64,000 nucleotides of DNA from Candidatus Poribacteria bacterium (GCA_965218095.1 OZ244587.1:2272001-2336000); one strand, 5' to 3'; shown: positions 29,150-40,061, counted from the stretch's first letter. The notes: generated by a model from the sequence alone, not told the origin. Translations and numbers: made by a program.

Positions 29150-30486
29150 TTCATTTACCCCCAGTTTTTCAAGAGTAGAGATTTGACGGGTTTTGAGCGG
29201 TTAGGGTTGTGAGAATGGTTGTCGTTAAGCATGTTGAAGGGTATCTCCCCGACACAGGGGAAGGGTGAAAAAGGGACTCAGACACCATTCCACCCACGCA
29301 TCAGCAACCACGCGCTTAATCACCGTAATCAGCGAATAAGTCTTTGTCTTTGTGTTGAATGCTTTTGCCCATCGGTGGCCGGATTTTTGATAGATGATAA
29401 ACAGCAACCCATAACTCAGACAAGCCAACAGCCATAACAGATTGATGCGGGATTTCGTCGGTTTGTTGAGAATCAGACTGCCAAAGCCAAAGCCGGTTTT
29501 GATGTCCCGAAATCCGTGTTCAATCTGCATTCTTCGCTTATAGCAGCGGTGGATTTGACTCCCTGTCAAATGACTTGAAATCAGATACATCGGCTCAGCA
29601 AATCGTGCATCTCTCACTACATACAGATTCAGTCGAATCTGTTCCGTTTGGTGATAGAGAATCTGTGGATAGAACCCGGTTGCCTTCAACTGTTCTATCT
29701 TTTTGACAGTTCCCCAAACGGTAATGCGAACATTGCGACAGACGCGCATTATAAACGGAATCTGTTGTGCTTTGAGAAACTTTATCACACATCTACCACG
29801 GGCGAACCCCCGATCAAATATCAACACCGGATCACACGTGGGAGGCAAAGCCGCTTGGGTCTTTTGATAGAGCGTGACACAAAAGCGTTGGATAATCTCA
29901 TTATGGCTTTTATATGTCATACCCTGAATCTCAGCGTCACTATAGATGTGCCAGTAGATTAAGTATACCCCGGCGGCGAAATGGCACGGCGGCGACAATC
30001 GCTTTGAAATTGCCAAGCACTTGCGTTTCATCAACCAAAATCAAACGACGAGTGGTGTTGGGTTGACAGACGCGCCTCAGCACGAAAAACAACCAACAGC
30101 GCATCACCGCACCTATTGGAAAGGGACGTGCCAAGAATCGAAGCAGCCGTTTCTGTTTCGTCTTTTGACTCTTGACTGCTACCGGCAATCGTGAGGCAAT
30201 TTCATTGAGACGAAAGGTCTTAGCCAATGCAATGGCTAAGGTCGTAAGTATCAGGTTTTTTAACGCTGGTTTTTTCAAAACGGGGTTGAAAATCTCGGTG
30301 ATAGTGGTTATCATGGGTATGGGATTCACCCGCTTTTGGGGGGGTGTTTTCATAATACCTCCTTGCTTTAAACAGTCGGTGTTTTAGGTAAGGAGGTATT
30401 TTACCATATCTGACAAGCCTTTCTCACACTTATCGCTCACAAAAACAATGAGCATATACTCTTAGAAAAAACTGAGGGTAGGCGAA
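29150..30486 (-). mobile_element. IS4-like insertion sequence with long imperfect TIRs and 10-bp TSD
   Basis: TTCATTTACCCCCAGTTTTTTCAAGAGTA vs TACTCTTAGAAAAAACTGAGGGTAGGCGAA; CAAAAAAGTA at 29140-29149 and 30487-30496. Confidence 0.85.
29225..30353 (-). pseudogene. IS4-family DDE transposase, frameshifted near 29960
   Basis: LVDET (ORF 29940-30353) and IFDRGF..YKRRMQIEHGFRDIKT (YREK motif, ORF 29225-30034) in different frames. Confidence 0.85.
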
Positions 30487-30499
30487 CAAAAAAGTAGGC

Positions 30500-30528
30500 T
30501 TGACAAAAAGTCGTATATCGTTTAGAAT
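30500..30528 (+). promoter_or_regulatory. sigma70 promoter upstream of the STAS gene
   Basis: TTGACA-17 bp-TAGAAT. Confidence 0.6.
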
Positions 30529-30735
30529 GAAAACACGTAGAAAATAGGGGGCCTGCGTTTTCCAAAACAACCGGCTTGGCGCCGATTGACGAAGAGATCT
30601 CGGTAACAAGACGACAATTTGTGACCTTTTGAGTATAATCCCAATCATTCGTGTGATTTTGTCACTCCGGAACCACCGATTGACATGGTTCACGGAAGCG
30701 TGATAATAACCCTTAACACTTCAGGAGTAAAACTC

Positions 30736-31080
30736 ATGGATATTAACATTGATCGCAAAGACGACGTTATCGTCGTGAAACTTGGTGGAAGAATCATTGG
30801 AACTGCGGGCGGCGACCTCAGACGGGCGATTGACGAGGAACTGGCTAATGTCTCTGGAACGCCCAAATTTCTGTTTGACTTCGCTGATGTGTCGCGCATG
30901 GATAGTTCTGGACTCGGAACGCTGGTGGGATTGCACGTATCCATTACGCGAAAGGACGGACGGATCGGTGTCATCAACGTTGGTACAAGCATCAACAATC
31001 TTCTTGTCATGGGGAGGTTGATCACCATCTTTGAACATTTCGATAGCGAGGATGAAGCTATTGCTGCGTTGACAGAATAG
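30736..31080 (+). CDS. STAS-domain anti-sigma factor antagonist
   Basis: FDFADVSRMDSSGLGTLV phospho-Ser motif, FDSEDEAIAA; RBS AGGAG. Confidence 0.92.
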   Translation: MDINIDRKDDVIVVKLGGRIIGTAGGDLRRAIDEELANVSGTPKFLFDFADVSRMDSSGLGTLVGLHVSITRKDGRIGVINVGTSINNLLVMGRLITIFEHFDSEDEAIAALTE

Positions 31081-31188
31081 CAAGTCGTACCATTCTTTCT
31101 CTATTGGAAGTGCGGTATGACTTTTTTACAGCAGTCTTCGTCATTTCTGAGGAAATGAAAGGAAACGCATTTCCTAATTTTTGTGTTA

Positions 31189-32025
31189 GGTTCTGTTGAC
31201 ATTTCAAGGGAGCCATATTAAGAGTGGAGACAAAGCTGAGAAATCCAAAATAACGGACAGCTAGCTTCTCAAACCGAGAGAAGATACGACGATACCATTT
31301 TATCTTGTTGATGAAACATTCAACCCGATGTCTCTCTTTGTATAAGTGTTTGTCATACGTTCTTTGGTCAACACGATGACTTTTTGGCGGTATCACCGCA
31401 ATTGCTCCATTCGCCTCAATAACCGCGATAAAAGCGTCCGAATCGTACCCCTTGTCTCCAATCACATATTCACTGTTATATCCGATTATCAACCCTTCCG
31501 CCTCAGTTATGTCATGTCTCTGACCGGGTGTCAGATGAATTCTTAGGGGATTGCCTAGTCCGTCAACTGTGATGTGAATTTTTGTACTGGAACCGCCCCG
31601 AGAGCAACCTAATGCTTGGTTTTCAGTGCCACCCTTTTTTTTAAGGCGCCAGCTTTTTAAGGCGCCCGCCGCAGACGGGTGAGCGCGGCAGATGGTACTG
31701 TCCACAATAAGCGACTCGATATCGGGGTCAGAGGCGAAGTGGTGGTGCATCTGTGTGAAGATACCTTTGTCGCACCATCGAGCAAACCGCTTGTAGCGGG
31801 TGTTCGATTTGCCATAGGTGTCTGGTAGAAGTCTCCATTGAGCCCCACTACGAGTCACCCACAGAACTGCTTCGACGAAGCGGCGTGTAGCAGCTTCGTC
31901 GCCAACATAGATGGTGGGACAACTAAGAAGAAACCGGTATATCTTATTCCATTGTTCATCAGGTAAGGTTATTGGCGTCATTCTTCTATTATGCCACAAC
32001 CTTATACTCAAATGTCAACAGAACC
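31189..32025 (-). mobile_element. IS5-family (IS427-like) element, copy 1; transposase fused in one ORF (31058-31981)
   Basis: TIR GGTTCTGTTGACATTT/AAATGTCAACAGAACC, TA duplication; VDSTICRAH, TKIHITVD, IGDKGYDS, YKERHRVECFINKIK. Confidence 0.92.
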
Positions 32026-32200
32026 TAGTCAAAATGCAAAATGATGGTATATACGTGAGCGGTAAGTGGTGATTTGGCGCTAATACCACTCACTACTTGA
32101 CCACTCACCAGTCCAAGGGCGTGTTTCAACAGGTCCATATTATCATGCTGATCAATACAGCATTTCCTCAGTTTCCTGTTTATCGTAATAACGCGATTGT

Positions 32201-33145
32201 CTATCGCCTGATTGTCAGCGGCGGGGCGCGTTGCACAATTTCCACCAGATGCCTCACAAGATGTCCGTTGAAATTATAGGGTTTGCCATAATCAGGCGCC
32301 TCTTGGAATTTCCGACAGATGAAAAGATAGCAACCATCGCAATCTGCCTCAATGATTAGTGGGTGCCCAGAGGCGTCGCGTACAAAATCGACAACCCCGA
32401 TCTCGAACCCAATCAAGTCTGATACACACAGTGCGAGCGATACCATTTCTTCATTGAGGGTTTCCAAAAACTCGTAATGCGCTCCTGTTGCGACATTGAT
32501 GATCGATTTCTCGGCGGTATCGACGCCCTCCTTCACACGTATTGTGCCCATAGCTACCTGCCCTCCGACGACATACATGCGGTAGACGCGATCATTGGTT
32601 TGTGCTGTTGTACCGATGAACTGCTGCGCGTAATAAGGCGGTGCAAGCACGATCGTTTGATCAAGAATCTGGTTGTGCTCTCCAAAAGCAACTTGATACG
32701 TCCGACTGCGTGTAGTTGTCGTGATCTCCCTTCCCTGACGCCGTAAGATACGATGCCCAGCACCCCCACACAAGTTCGTCGATTTCAACAGAACGATTCC
32801 GCAGCGCTCTAGCATGTCCACCACCGCATCCGGGGTTTGCGAGACGATCGTTTCGGGCGTCGGCAAGTTATCTGCCATGAGGAGCCGAGAGGTCGCGAGC
32901 TTATCAATAGCGATCTCCTGTGCTTGTGTTGAATTAATGACAAGCTGCTGCGATTCGATCCCTTTCAGCGTTTCCAGCCCATCGTACGGCAACACATAGA
33001 TCAGATCTACATCTGCCTGGTCCAGCTCTGCTGTTGTCAGCCGGCAGCTTTGCCCACCGACAACACGAATTTCGTGTTCCAGATCTCGAATCAGGTTTTC
33101 CAACAGTAACCAGTACGCGGGTTCGTAGAGCAGTCCAATTTTCAT
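32201..33145 (-). CDS. ATP-grasp (RimK/LysX-like) ligase
   Basis: DKLATSRLL..NLPTPET, LKSTNLCGGAG, QQFI, YRMYVVGG, INVATGA, GVVDFV..IIEAD. Confidence 0.75.
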   Translation of the reverse strand: MKIGLLYEPAYWLLLENLIRDLEHEIRVVGGQSCRLTTAELDQADVDLIYVLPYDGLETLKGIESQQLVINSTQAQEIAIDKLATSRLLMADNLPTPETIVSQTPDAVVDMLERCGIVLLKSTNLCGGAGHRILRRQGREITTTTRSRTYQVAFGEHNQILDQTIVLAPPYYAQQFIGTTAQTNDRVYRMYVVGGQVAMGTIRVKEGVDTAEKSIINVATGAHYEFLETLNEEMVSLALCVSDLIGFEIGVVDFVRDASGHPLIIEADCDGCYLFICRKFQEAPDYGKPYNFNGHLVRHLVEIVQRAPPLTIRR

Positions 33146-33222
33146 GGGGAATCAGCGAATTTATGAATGGATAAATGACGGAATATGCTTAACGTTTCAC
33201 GCATCACGTTTTACGTCTCTGC

Positions 33223-33963
33223 CTATTTAAGCGAGTTCAGCGCACGTTCACCTAGTTCAGCGATTTTCTTACGGGAGGTAGCACGCGCTTCCGCCCACCC
33301 CTCCAAATCTCGTTTGCCTGTTTTGACAAAGTCCAGTACATAGCCCTCGGCTTCCATAAACTCATTGCAGAGATGGGCAACGCCACCGGCGATATGATTC
33401 GGAATTGTTGTCACCCCGTTGCAATCGCCATGCAGCAGATCGCCAGGATATACTGTGATACCGCCGACATGCACCGGTACGTTTACATCGATGATCCGGT
33501 GATAGCCGTGAGAGCAGTTAGTCCCGCTCGTGAAGGCCGGGAAATCAATCTCGTGTACCTGATCCAGATCTCGCCCGGCACCGCTCGTGATCAATCCCAC
33601 GCAACCGAAGGTCTTGTATGTCATACACATCACCTCGCCGAATGTAGCGGCGGCAGAAGGGACATCGAGATCTTGGAAGATGACAACACGAGGTTCGGGA
33701 ATCGGATCAAACCCCGCAATTTGCCCCTCCATACCGGCATACGCATCGCCGCCACGCGGGGATGTACTTGTACAAAGTGTCGCAGTTGTCGCATAGCCTA
33801 CCATCGGTGGCATTTCTGGAAAACAGGCTTGAATGCGGGCATCCATATAGCCCGTGTTTCGTGGACGAACGTCGAATAGTTCAATCACATTGCAGATTGT
33901 GGGCGTGTCTACACCCTTGAGGATTTCCAATTCTTCAGATGAAATTGTTTGGACCGGATTCAT
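33223..33963 (-). CDS. RraA/HMG aldolase family protein
   Basis: DTPTICN, MVGYATT, FGEVM, GAGRDLD, PGDLLHGDCNGV. Confidence 0.88.
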   Translation of the reverse strand: MNPVQTISSEELEILKGVDTPTICNVIELFDVRPRNTGYMDARIQACFPEMPPMVGYATTATLCTSTSPRGGDAYAGMEGQIAGFDPIPEPRVVIFQDLDVPSAAATFGEVMCMTYKTFGCVGLITSGAGRDLDQVHEIDFPAFTSGTNCSHGYHRIIDVNVPVHVGGITVYPGDLLHGDCNGVTTIPNHIAGGVAHLCNEFMEAEGYVLDFVKTGKRDLEGWAEARATSRKKIAELGERALNSLK

Positions 33964-34214
33964 AATTTCTCCCTTTGGCGTGTTTATCAAACTAACGGAA
34001 TGCAAAACTTGCTTTGCAAAAACAGATTATAACACGATTTTATTCTGAAGATAAGTCTATTTTTTCGTACCCTGGCGATTTATGCTTAATCTGAATGCTG
34101 AAAACGGAACAGCCCTCTCCCGACTGAATTGCACTTGATTCGCATTTTGTCTTATGTTACGCTGTAGCAGTTTCAATGATAATGTTCGTTACCCAAACTT
34201 ACCGAGGCACATTG

Positions 34215-35192
34215 ATGAAAGTAATTATCCCCGCCGCAGGGAGCGGCACTCGACTGAGACCACATACCTATGCAACACCCAAAACGCTGTTACACGTCGC
34301 CGGACGCCCTATCCTTGCGCCGTTGGTTGGACTCTCTGATCTTTCCGAGTTGATTTTCGTCGTTGGGAATTTAGACGACCAGATCCGCGACTATGTCAAA
34401 ATGAACTGCGATTTACCAGCGGCTTATGTTCGGCAGGATAAGCAGAAGGGACTTGGACACGCTATCTCGCTTGCCAAAGAACGCGCCAATGGCGAACCGG
34501 TTCTAATTATGCTGGACGACGGCATTTTTGAAGTTGATTGTCAACGGCTTATTCAGAGTCCCTACACCGTCATCGGCGTCAAGGAGGTGGAGAATCCGCA
34601 AGTATTTGGCATCGTTGAGATGGAAGGCGAGTTTATCACCCGCCTGATCGAGAAGCCTGAAAACCCGCCGACAAACCTTGCCATTGCGGGTATGTATTAC
34701 ATCCGAAACAGCGAACTACTGTTCCAGTGTTTAGATGAAATTATTGAAAAAGACATCCGTACCAAGGATGAATATCAGTTGACAGATGGTTTGCAGTTGA
34801 TGTTAGAATATGGCGAGAAGATGAAGGTAGAGTCGATTAACTGGTTAGATTGCGGTAAGCCAGACGTGCTGCTAGAAACCAATCGGTATCTGTTAGAAAG
34901 ACACCCCCAAAATTATCAATTCCCAGACGCCGTGCTCATCCCGTCTGTCTTTATTGATGAGGATGCAATCATTAAGCGCGCTGTTATTGGTTCCTATGCC
35001 TCGATTGGCAAAGGGGCTCGAATTATCAATGCCATCGTTAGAGATGCGGTGATTAACCCTTATGCGGACGTACAAAATGTCCTCATCAGCCGATCACTCA
35101 TTGGGGAATCCGCTCAGGTGCGTGGACATTTTCATCGACTCAATGTTGGCAGTTCATCGCAGATTGATCTGCTGAATGACATAGACTCATAG
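34215..35192 (+). CDS. Sugar-1-phosphate nucleotidyltransferase (glucose-1-phosphate thymidylyltransferase-like)
   Basis: IIPAAGSGTRLRPHT..PK, GLGHA, IEKP, EYQLTD, WLDCGK; C-terminal hexapeptide-like region. Confidence 0.9.
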   Translation: MKVIIPAAGSGTRLRPHTYATPKTLLHVAGRPILAPLVGLSDLSELIFVVGNLDDQIRDYVKMNCDLPAAYVRQDKQKGLGHAISLAKERANGEPVLIMLDDGIFEVDCQRLIQSPYTVIGVKEVENPQVFGIVEMEGEFITRLIEKPENPPTNLAIAGMYYIRNSELLFQCLDEIIEKDIRTKDEYQLTDGLQLMLEYGEKMKVESINWLDCGKPDVLLETNRYLLERHPQNYQFPDAVLIPSVFIDEDAIIKRAVIGSYASIGKGARIINAIVRDAVINPYADVQNVLISRSLIGESAQVRGHFHRLNVGSSSQIDLLNDIDS

Positions 35193-35230
35193 TAGAAATT
35201 CTTGACATCTGACCTGAAAAGGTATCACTT

Positions 35231-36570
35231 ATGAAAATTGCAATCATCGGCACCGGTTACGTCGGGTTGACGACATGTGTCGCAATGGCTTATTTGAACC
35301 ATGAAGTCGTGGGTGTGGATAAGGACCTGCAAACTCAGTCTGTTACAACGAGGTAAAAGCCCCATTCACGAGGCAGGTCTCCAAACCCTCTTGGACCAAA
35401 CCGCGAAAGATATTGATTTCACAGATAATACATCAGATGCTGTGGCAAACGGAGACATCATCATGATCGCGGTAGGTACTCCCCAGAAGCAAAGTGGGGA
35501 GGCGAATGCACGTTACGTGGAAGAGGCGGCACACGATGTCGCCCAAGGGCTTGAATCCAATCGGAAATATACTTTGGTAGTCAAGTCCACCATGCCAATC
35601 GGTACCAATCATCGGGTCGCTCATGTGGTGAACCGTACTGTCCCAGCGCGGTGTAGAGACAGACATATATTTTGCCTCTAATCCTGAGTTTTTGCAGGAA
35701 GGTCTCGCCCTACATGGTATGTTCTATCCGGATCGGATTGTTGCGGGTGCTGAACGCCCAGAAGCAGTGGAAGCCTTGCGTCGGATGTATCGCCCAATCC
35801 TGGAACAAACCTTTGATCCGCTAGGCTTTTTATCACGTCCCGAAGGATACAGTCTGCCGCCTTTAATCAGCGCTGAAATGATGAAGTACGCCGCGAATAC
35901 ATTCCTTGCCCTCAAGATTAGTTTCATTAACGAGATTGCCGGGCTGTGCGAAAAGGTCGGTGCGAATGTCACTGAGGTTGCTCGTGGGCTTGGGTTAGAT
36001 ACTCGCATCGGTCATCGCTTTCTCGGCACCGGGCTTGGGTGGGGCGGTAGCTGCTTCCCTAAAGACACCGCCGCACTTGTAAGCGTGGGAGCGGAATACG
36101 GTTACTCCATGCCGGTTGTTCAAGCAGCTCGTGAGGTGAACCGGCGTCAGTGCCAATCGATCGTTGAGAAGCTACAACAGGCTCTGAAGATATTGCGAAG
36201 CCAAACGATAGGCATACTGGGACTTGCTTTTAAGCCCAACACCGATGACGTTCGAGAAGCCCCCGCTCTGGATATTATCCGAATCCTGGTTGAACAGAGT
36301 GCACATGTACGCGTGCATGATCCAGTCGCCATTCCCGGTGCTCAACAAGCCTTAAAGGGACTAGATGTGAAGTTTACTAAAGACTGCTACCGTCTGGCAG
36401 ATGGGGCGGATGCGCTGGTACTCGCAACGGAATGGGAAGAATACCACACCCTAGAGCTCGCCCGCCTCGCCAAATGCATGAAAAATTCTGTCTTAATTGA
36501 TGGACGCAATTTCTTTAAACCCGAGGAAGCAGAAGCAGCCGGGTTTGTGTACATGGGAATCGGGCGGTAG
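35231..36570 (+). pseudogene. ugd: UDP-glucose/GDP-mannose 6-dehydrogenase, frameshifted twice
   Basis: MKIAIIGTGYVG from 35231, IAVGTP/VVKST in a second frame, NPEFLQEG..GGSCFPKD..FKPNTDDVRE in a third. Confidence 0.85.
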
Positions 36571-36630
36571 CGGCTAATACCGAGTCAATCACAAATGAGT
36601 ATCGAACTTTCCGTGTAGGGAGGTAGCCAG

Positions 36631-37112
36631 TCAATTTATCGCTGTGGATGACAAATTGGCATCAGATGAAGGAGGGAACGAGAGATAGATTTCTTGTCGC
36701 GGAAAGTTGGAGTACAGGGCGACATCGGTCAAAAAATCCTCGAAACCAAGTATGATTGGGTAGGTATCGTCGGAAAGGAGATGGACTTTGATCATCATCG
36801 GTGAGGAAATCCGTTCACTCTCTTCGGCATCGTGGAGACGTAACGACACTTGCCCCAACCCTGGCCCATCGGATGCCCCACAAAAGGAACCTCAACTTCA
36901 ACATCGGAGTGGAGTCCATAACGAATTGCTTCCCGGACCTGGCGCGGCATTATAGAAATGGGACCGCCGGTATTGATGATTGCTTTCCTGCTTCTCGGCC
37001 AACCCTCAGGCGTTTCAAAGGACACATCTGTGATGATTCGGACATAGCGAACCAGTGTTCCCCGTTGCAAGTAGTCCAAATTAGCTTGGACGCTGTACCT
37101 TAACCTTACCAC
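36631..37112 (-). pseudogene. Retropepsin-like (clan AA) aspartyl protease, inactivated
   Basis: AIINTGGPISIMP (DTG to NTG), IILGFEDFL in another frame. Confidence 0.55.
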
Positions 37113-37375
37113 GAGATTGCCAGATGCCCCTCAATGAAAGTATAGACACACTGTCCCTTGCTGACCTCGGCTTCTCTTTGGTGAGCCACCATGTCAACTT
37201 CGCCCAAATCTTCGCTAGCAACTGCGACCTCTTTTTCAAGCACAGCAACCCAGTGGTCTGGATACTTTTGGGTGAGTGCGTTGATATTCTCATTAATCCA
37301 TCTAGCGTCCTCAGAATACCGCTTGGGAAGTTTCGTAGGTTCAGGAAAATCCTTGGGAAGTTTGGCATAAGGCAT
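37106..37375 (-). CDS. DUF5678-like small protein
   Basis: WINENINALTQKYPDHWVAVLEKEVAVASEDLGEV; overlaps the start of the protease gene. Confidence 0.65.
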   Translation of the reverse strand: MPYAKLPKDFPEPTKLPKRYSEDARWINENINALTQKYPDHWVAVLEKEVAVASEDLGEVDMVAHQREAEVSKGQCVYTFIEGHLAISW

Positions 37376-37497
37376 CTCGTTCACCTCACTTTGAGGTGGT
37401 TTGTGACAATTATAACCTGTGGCGTTTAGAAATTCAACGATGTTAAGAAGCAAAGGATTAATCTTGAAACCGATTAAGATTAAGAAGGAGAAAAAAT

Positions 37498-38529
37498 ATG
37501 CACTATCGACGCTTAGGAAGAACAGGACTGAAAGTGTCAGAATTCTGCCTCGGGACAATGACGTTTGGGCAGCCTGACTGGGGCAACGATGAAGCGCAAT
37601 CTGATGCAATCTTCAACGCAGCCCTGGATGCCGGCGTGAACTTTTATGACACCGCGAATTCTTATGCAGATAGTCAGTCGGAAATAATCCTGGGTCGCAT
37701 CATGAAGCGTAAGCGGGATAAGCTCATCATCGCTACCAAAGTCTTCAACCCGATGGGGACGGACATCAACGATTCCGGGACTTCGCGGGTGCATATCATG
37801 AGGGCGGTTGAGGATAGTCTCAGACGCCTGCAGACAGACTATATCGACCTCTACCTAATCCACCATGTGGACAGGGAGACGCCAACTGAGGAACGATTGC
37901 GCGCCCTTGATGACCTTGCCCATCAAGGCAAGGTTCGCTACATCGGTTGCAGCAACGAGTATGCCTGGCGCTTGTGTGACGCCCTTTGGATTAGCGAAGT
38001 GAAGAATCTGGCGCGCTATGAAACTCTCCAACCCCAATACAATCTGCTGACACGAGATATTGAAGAGGAAATCTTACCGCTCTGCCGCGAGAAAGGGGTC
38101 GGCGTGTATGTCTGGGGACCATTGGCAGGGGGGTATTTAACAGGGAAATACAAGCCGGGCAAGCCGCTCCCTGAGGATTCCCGCTTTGCCCGAAGAACGG
38201 AGAGTTCAATAGATTGCTACGCTGGCCCTCGGGTGCAGGAGATTGTGGAGATGCTTCGTGATGTCGCCCAGGGCTTGGGGCGGAGTATGGCACAAGTTGC
38301 GTTGCGCTGGATTTTAGAGCAGGAGGGAATTACCTCTGTCATCGTTGGGGCGACAAAGGTGGAGCAACTGCGGGACAATATCGGTTGTTCGGGCTGGAGT
38401 TTGCCTGATGATGCTTTGACCCGGTTAAACGAAGTCTCGGCGCCTCTAATGCGTTACCCGGATTCGATGGAGTTGAACATTCACGAACGTCGGGCAAATG
38501 TCGTGGATATGCCGACGCTGGGTGCGTGA
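37498..38529 (+). CDS. Aldo/keto reductase
   Basis: LGRTGLKVS..LGTMTFG, DTANSY, SLRRLQTDYIDLY, GKVRYIGCSN, QPQYNLL. Confidence 0.95.
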   Translation: MHYRRLGRTGLKVSEFCLGTMTFGQPDWGNDEAQSDAIFNAALDAGVNFYDTANSYADSQSEIILGRIMKRKRDKLIIATKVFNPMGTDINDSGTSRVHIMRAVEDSLRRLQTDYIDLYLIHHVDRETPTEERLRALDDLAHQGKVRYIGCSNEYAWRLCDALWISEVKNLARYETLQPQYNLLTRDIEEEILPLCREKGVGVYVWGPLAGGYLTGKYKPGKPLPEDSRFARRTESSIDCYAGPRVQEIVEMLRDVAQGLGRSMAQVALRWILEQEGITSVIVGATKVEQLRDNIGCSGWSLPDDALTRLNEVSAPLMRYPDSMELNIHERRANVVDMPTLGA

Positions 38530-38731
38530 TGCGTAAAACGTAATATGTGAGCGAACCTCTCAAAAAAGATCCACAAAATGCGTCAACTGTACAACCCAAA
38601 GTATGAAGATTATTCATATATGTGTTTGGTTGTCGATACGCTTACCCTTTATCTAAAGTAGGAGGAGCAGATCAAATCTGAACGGATTAATCGTAATCGT
38701 CCAAACGAGCGACGCCCGCGTAAATAATATC

Positions 38732-39499
38732 CTAAATCAAAGATTTCAGCGTCTGGGCAAAGCGGGGAACGACTATCATCGCATCCTCCGCAGCTTCATA
38801 TTCGATCGACAGATAGCCTCTGTAGCCCTGCGCATTGAGCATGCTGACGATCTTCGAGAAATCCGCTGCTTCATTGCCGCCGCTCTCTTTGGGGATCTCC
38901 GTCTTCGCATGCGCGGTTACGGCGTAAGGGGCGACGCGCGCCAGTGAACCGTAGGGATCCTGACGGAAGTTGCCCGTATCCAAATTCACGCCTACCCATT
39001 CAGAGCTGACCGACGTGATCAAATCGATAACCTGATCGGCGGTGGACGTAATTCCACCGTGATTCTCCAACGCCAGCAATACGCCCCGCGGCGCAGCATA
39101 TTCCGCACATTCCTTCAGACCGTCAATCACCCATTGGCGAACTTCCGCCTCGCTATGTCCTTCAGGCGTTCCCCCAGCGAATACACGCAAGCAGGGCGCT
39201 CCCAGCTTAACAGAGATGTCAACCCAGTCCTTGACATACTGGATCTGCCTGGCGTGTTCGCCCGCGTCGGCGTCTGTGAACCGATTCCCAACCGCCGCCG
39301 CCGAAATCTGCAATCCAAGCAGATAACACTGGCGTTTGAGTGTGTATAAATAAGCATCGTCTGTTGACTGGAAATAGTACGCAGTCAACTCAACGCCGTC
39401 CACATCCATCTCGACAGCCTTCTGGAGAAAGTTCTCAAGGCTCATATCTTCACTTGTCAAATACTGGCGAAATGAATATGCGGCACATCCAACCTTCAT
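38732..39499 (-). CDS. Sugar phosphate isomerase/epimerase family TIM barrel
   Basis: AYSFRQY, LRVFAG, LALENHGG, NLDTGNF, HAK, YLSIEYE. Confidence 0.88.
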   Translation of the reverse strand: MKVGCAAYSFRQYLTSEDMSLENFLQKAVEMDVDGVELTAYYFQSTDDAYLYTLKRQCYLLGLQISAAAVGNRFTDADAGEHARQIQYVKDWVDISVKLGAPCLRVFAGGTPEGHSEAEVRQWVIDGLKECAEYAAPRGVLLALENHGGITSTADQVIDLITSVSSEWVGVNLDTGNFRQDPYGSLARVAPYAVTAHAKTEIPKESGGNEAADFSKIVSMLNAQGYRGYLSIEYEAAEDAMIVVPRFAQTLKSLI

Positions 39500-39559
39500 T
39501 ATGACCTCCCAAATCAATAAATCAACTTCACCTAGAAATTGGCAATGTAATGCTCAAGC

Positions 39560-39618
39560 ATAAAACGTAAAGCGTAAAACGTAAGCTATTTCACGTTTTG
39601 CGCCTTATGTCTCACGCA
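39560..39618. repeat. Inverted pair of degenerate heptamer tandem repeats
   Basis: AAAACGT AAAGCGT AAAACGT facing TTCACGT TTTGCGC CTTATGT CTCACGC. Confidence 0.6.
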
Positions 39619-39650
39619 CGAGCCCGTAACACCAGTAAGCAAAAACAGGC

Positions 39651-40061
39651 TCACGCGCTCAACTCATTCATAATCTTCTCAACATTTTCCAGCAATTCAA
39701 CTTCGTAACTATCCGGATCTGTGATGAAAGCCATCTTCATGCCGCCCGATGTGAATTGCTCTCGCCAGCCATCAGGCCAAATTTCAAGACCCGCTTTCTC
39801 CAGCTTATCGCAGCAGGCAACGAGATCCGGCACACCAATGGCGAAGTGCATCAAATCTTCCGGAACGTTGAGCTCATAGTCGGGCGAATAGGTCAACTCC
39901 AGGGTATGTACGTTACCCGGCAGTTCAAGATGGACGATCTGGTTGCCGGCCGGCGATCTATCGCTCCGACTTTTCACAACGAAGCCTAAGTGATCGCAAT
40001 ACCAATTAATCGACCGATCCAAGTCGCTGACTCGAACCCGTGTGTGTAAAAAAACAGCCAT
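39651..40061 (-). CDS. VOC/glyoxalase family (lactoylglutathione lyase-like)
   Basis: LHTRVRVSDLDRSINWY, LELTY, HFAIGV, AFITDPDSYEVELLE. Confidence 0.9.
   Translation of the reverse strand: MAVFLHTRVRVSDLDRSINWYCDHLGFVVKSRSDRSPAGNQIVHLELPGNVHTLELTYSPDYELNVPEDLMHFAIGVPDLVACCDKLEKAGLEIWPDGWREQFTSGGMKMAFITDPDSYEVELLENVEKIMNELSA

Noticed and set aside
30615-30670. CRP boxes (TGTGA..TCAC) near the STAS gene and at ~40480
   Set aside because: Half-site spacing is 4-5 nt rather than 6; no convincing CRP site was seen upstream of the YceI or Crp genes either.
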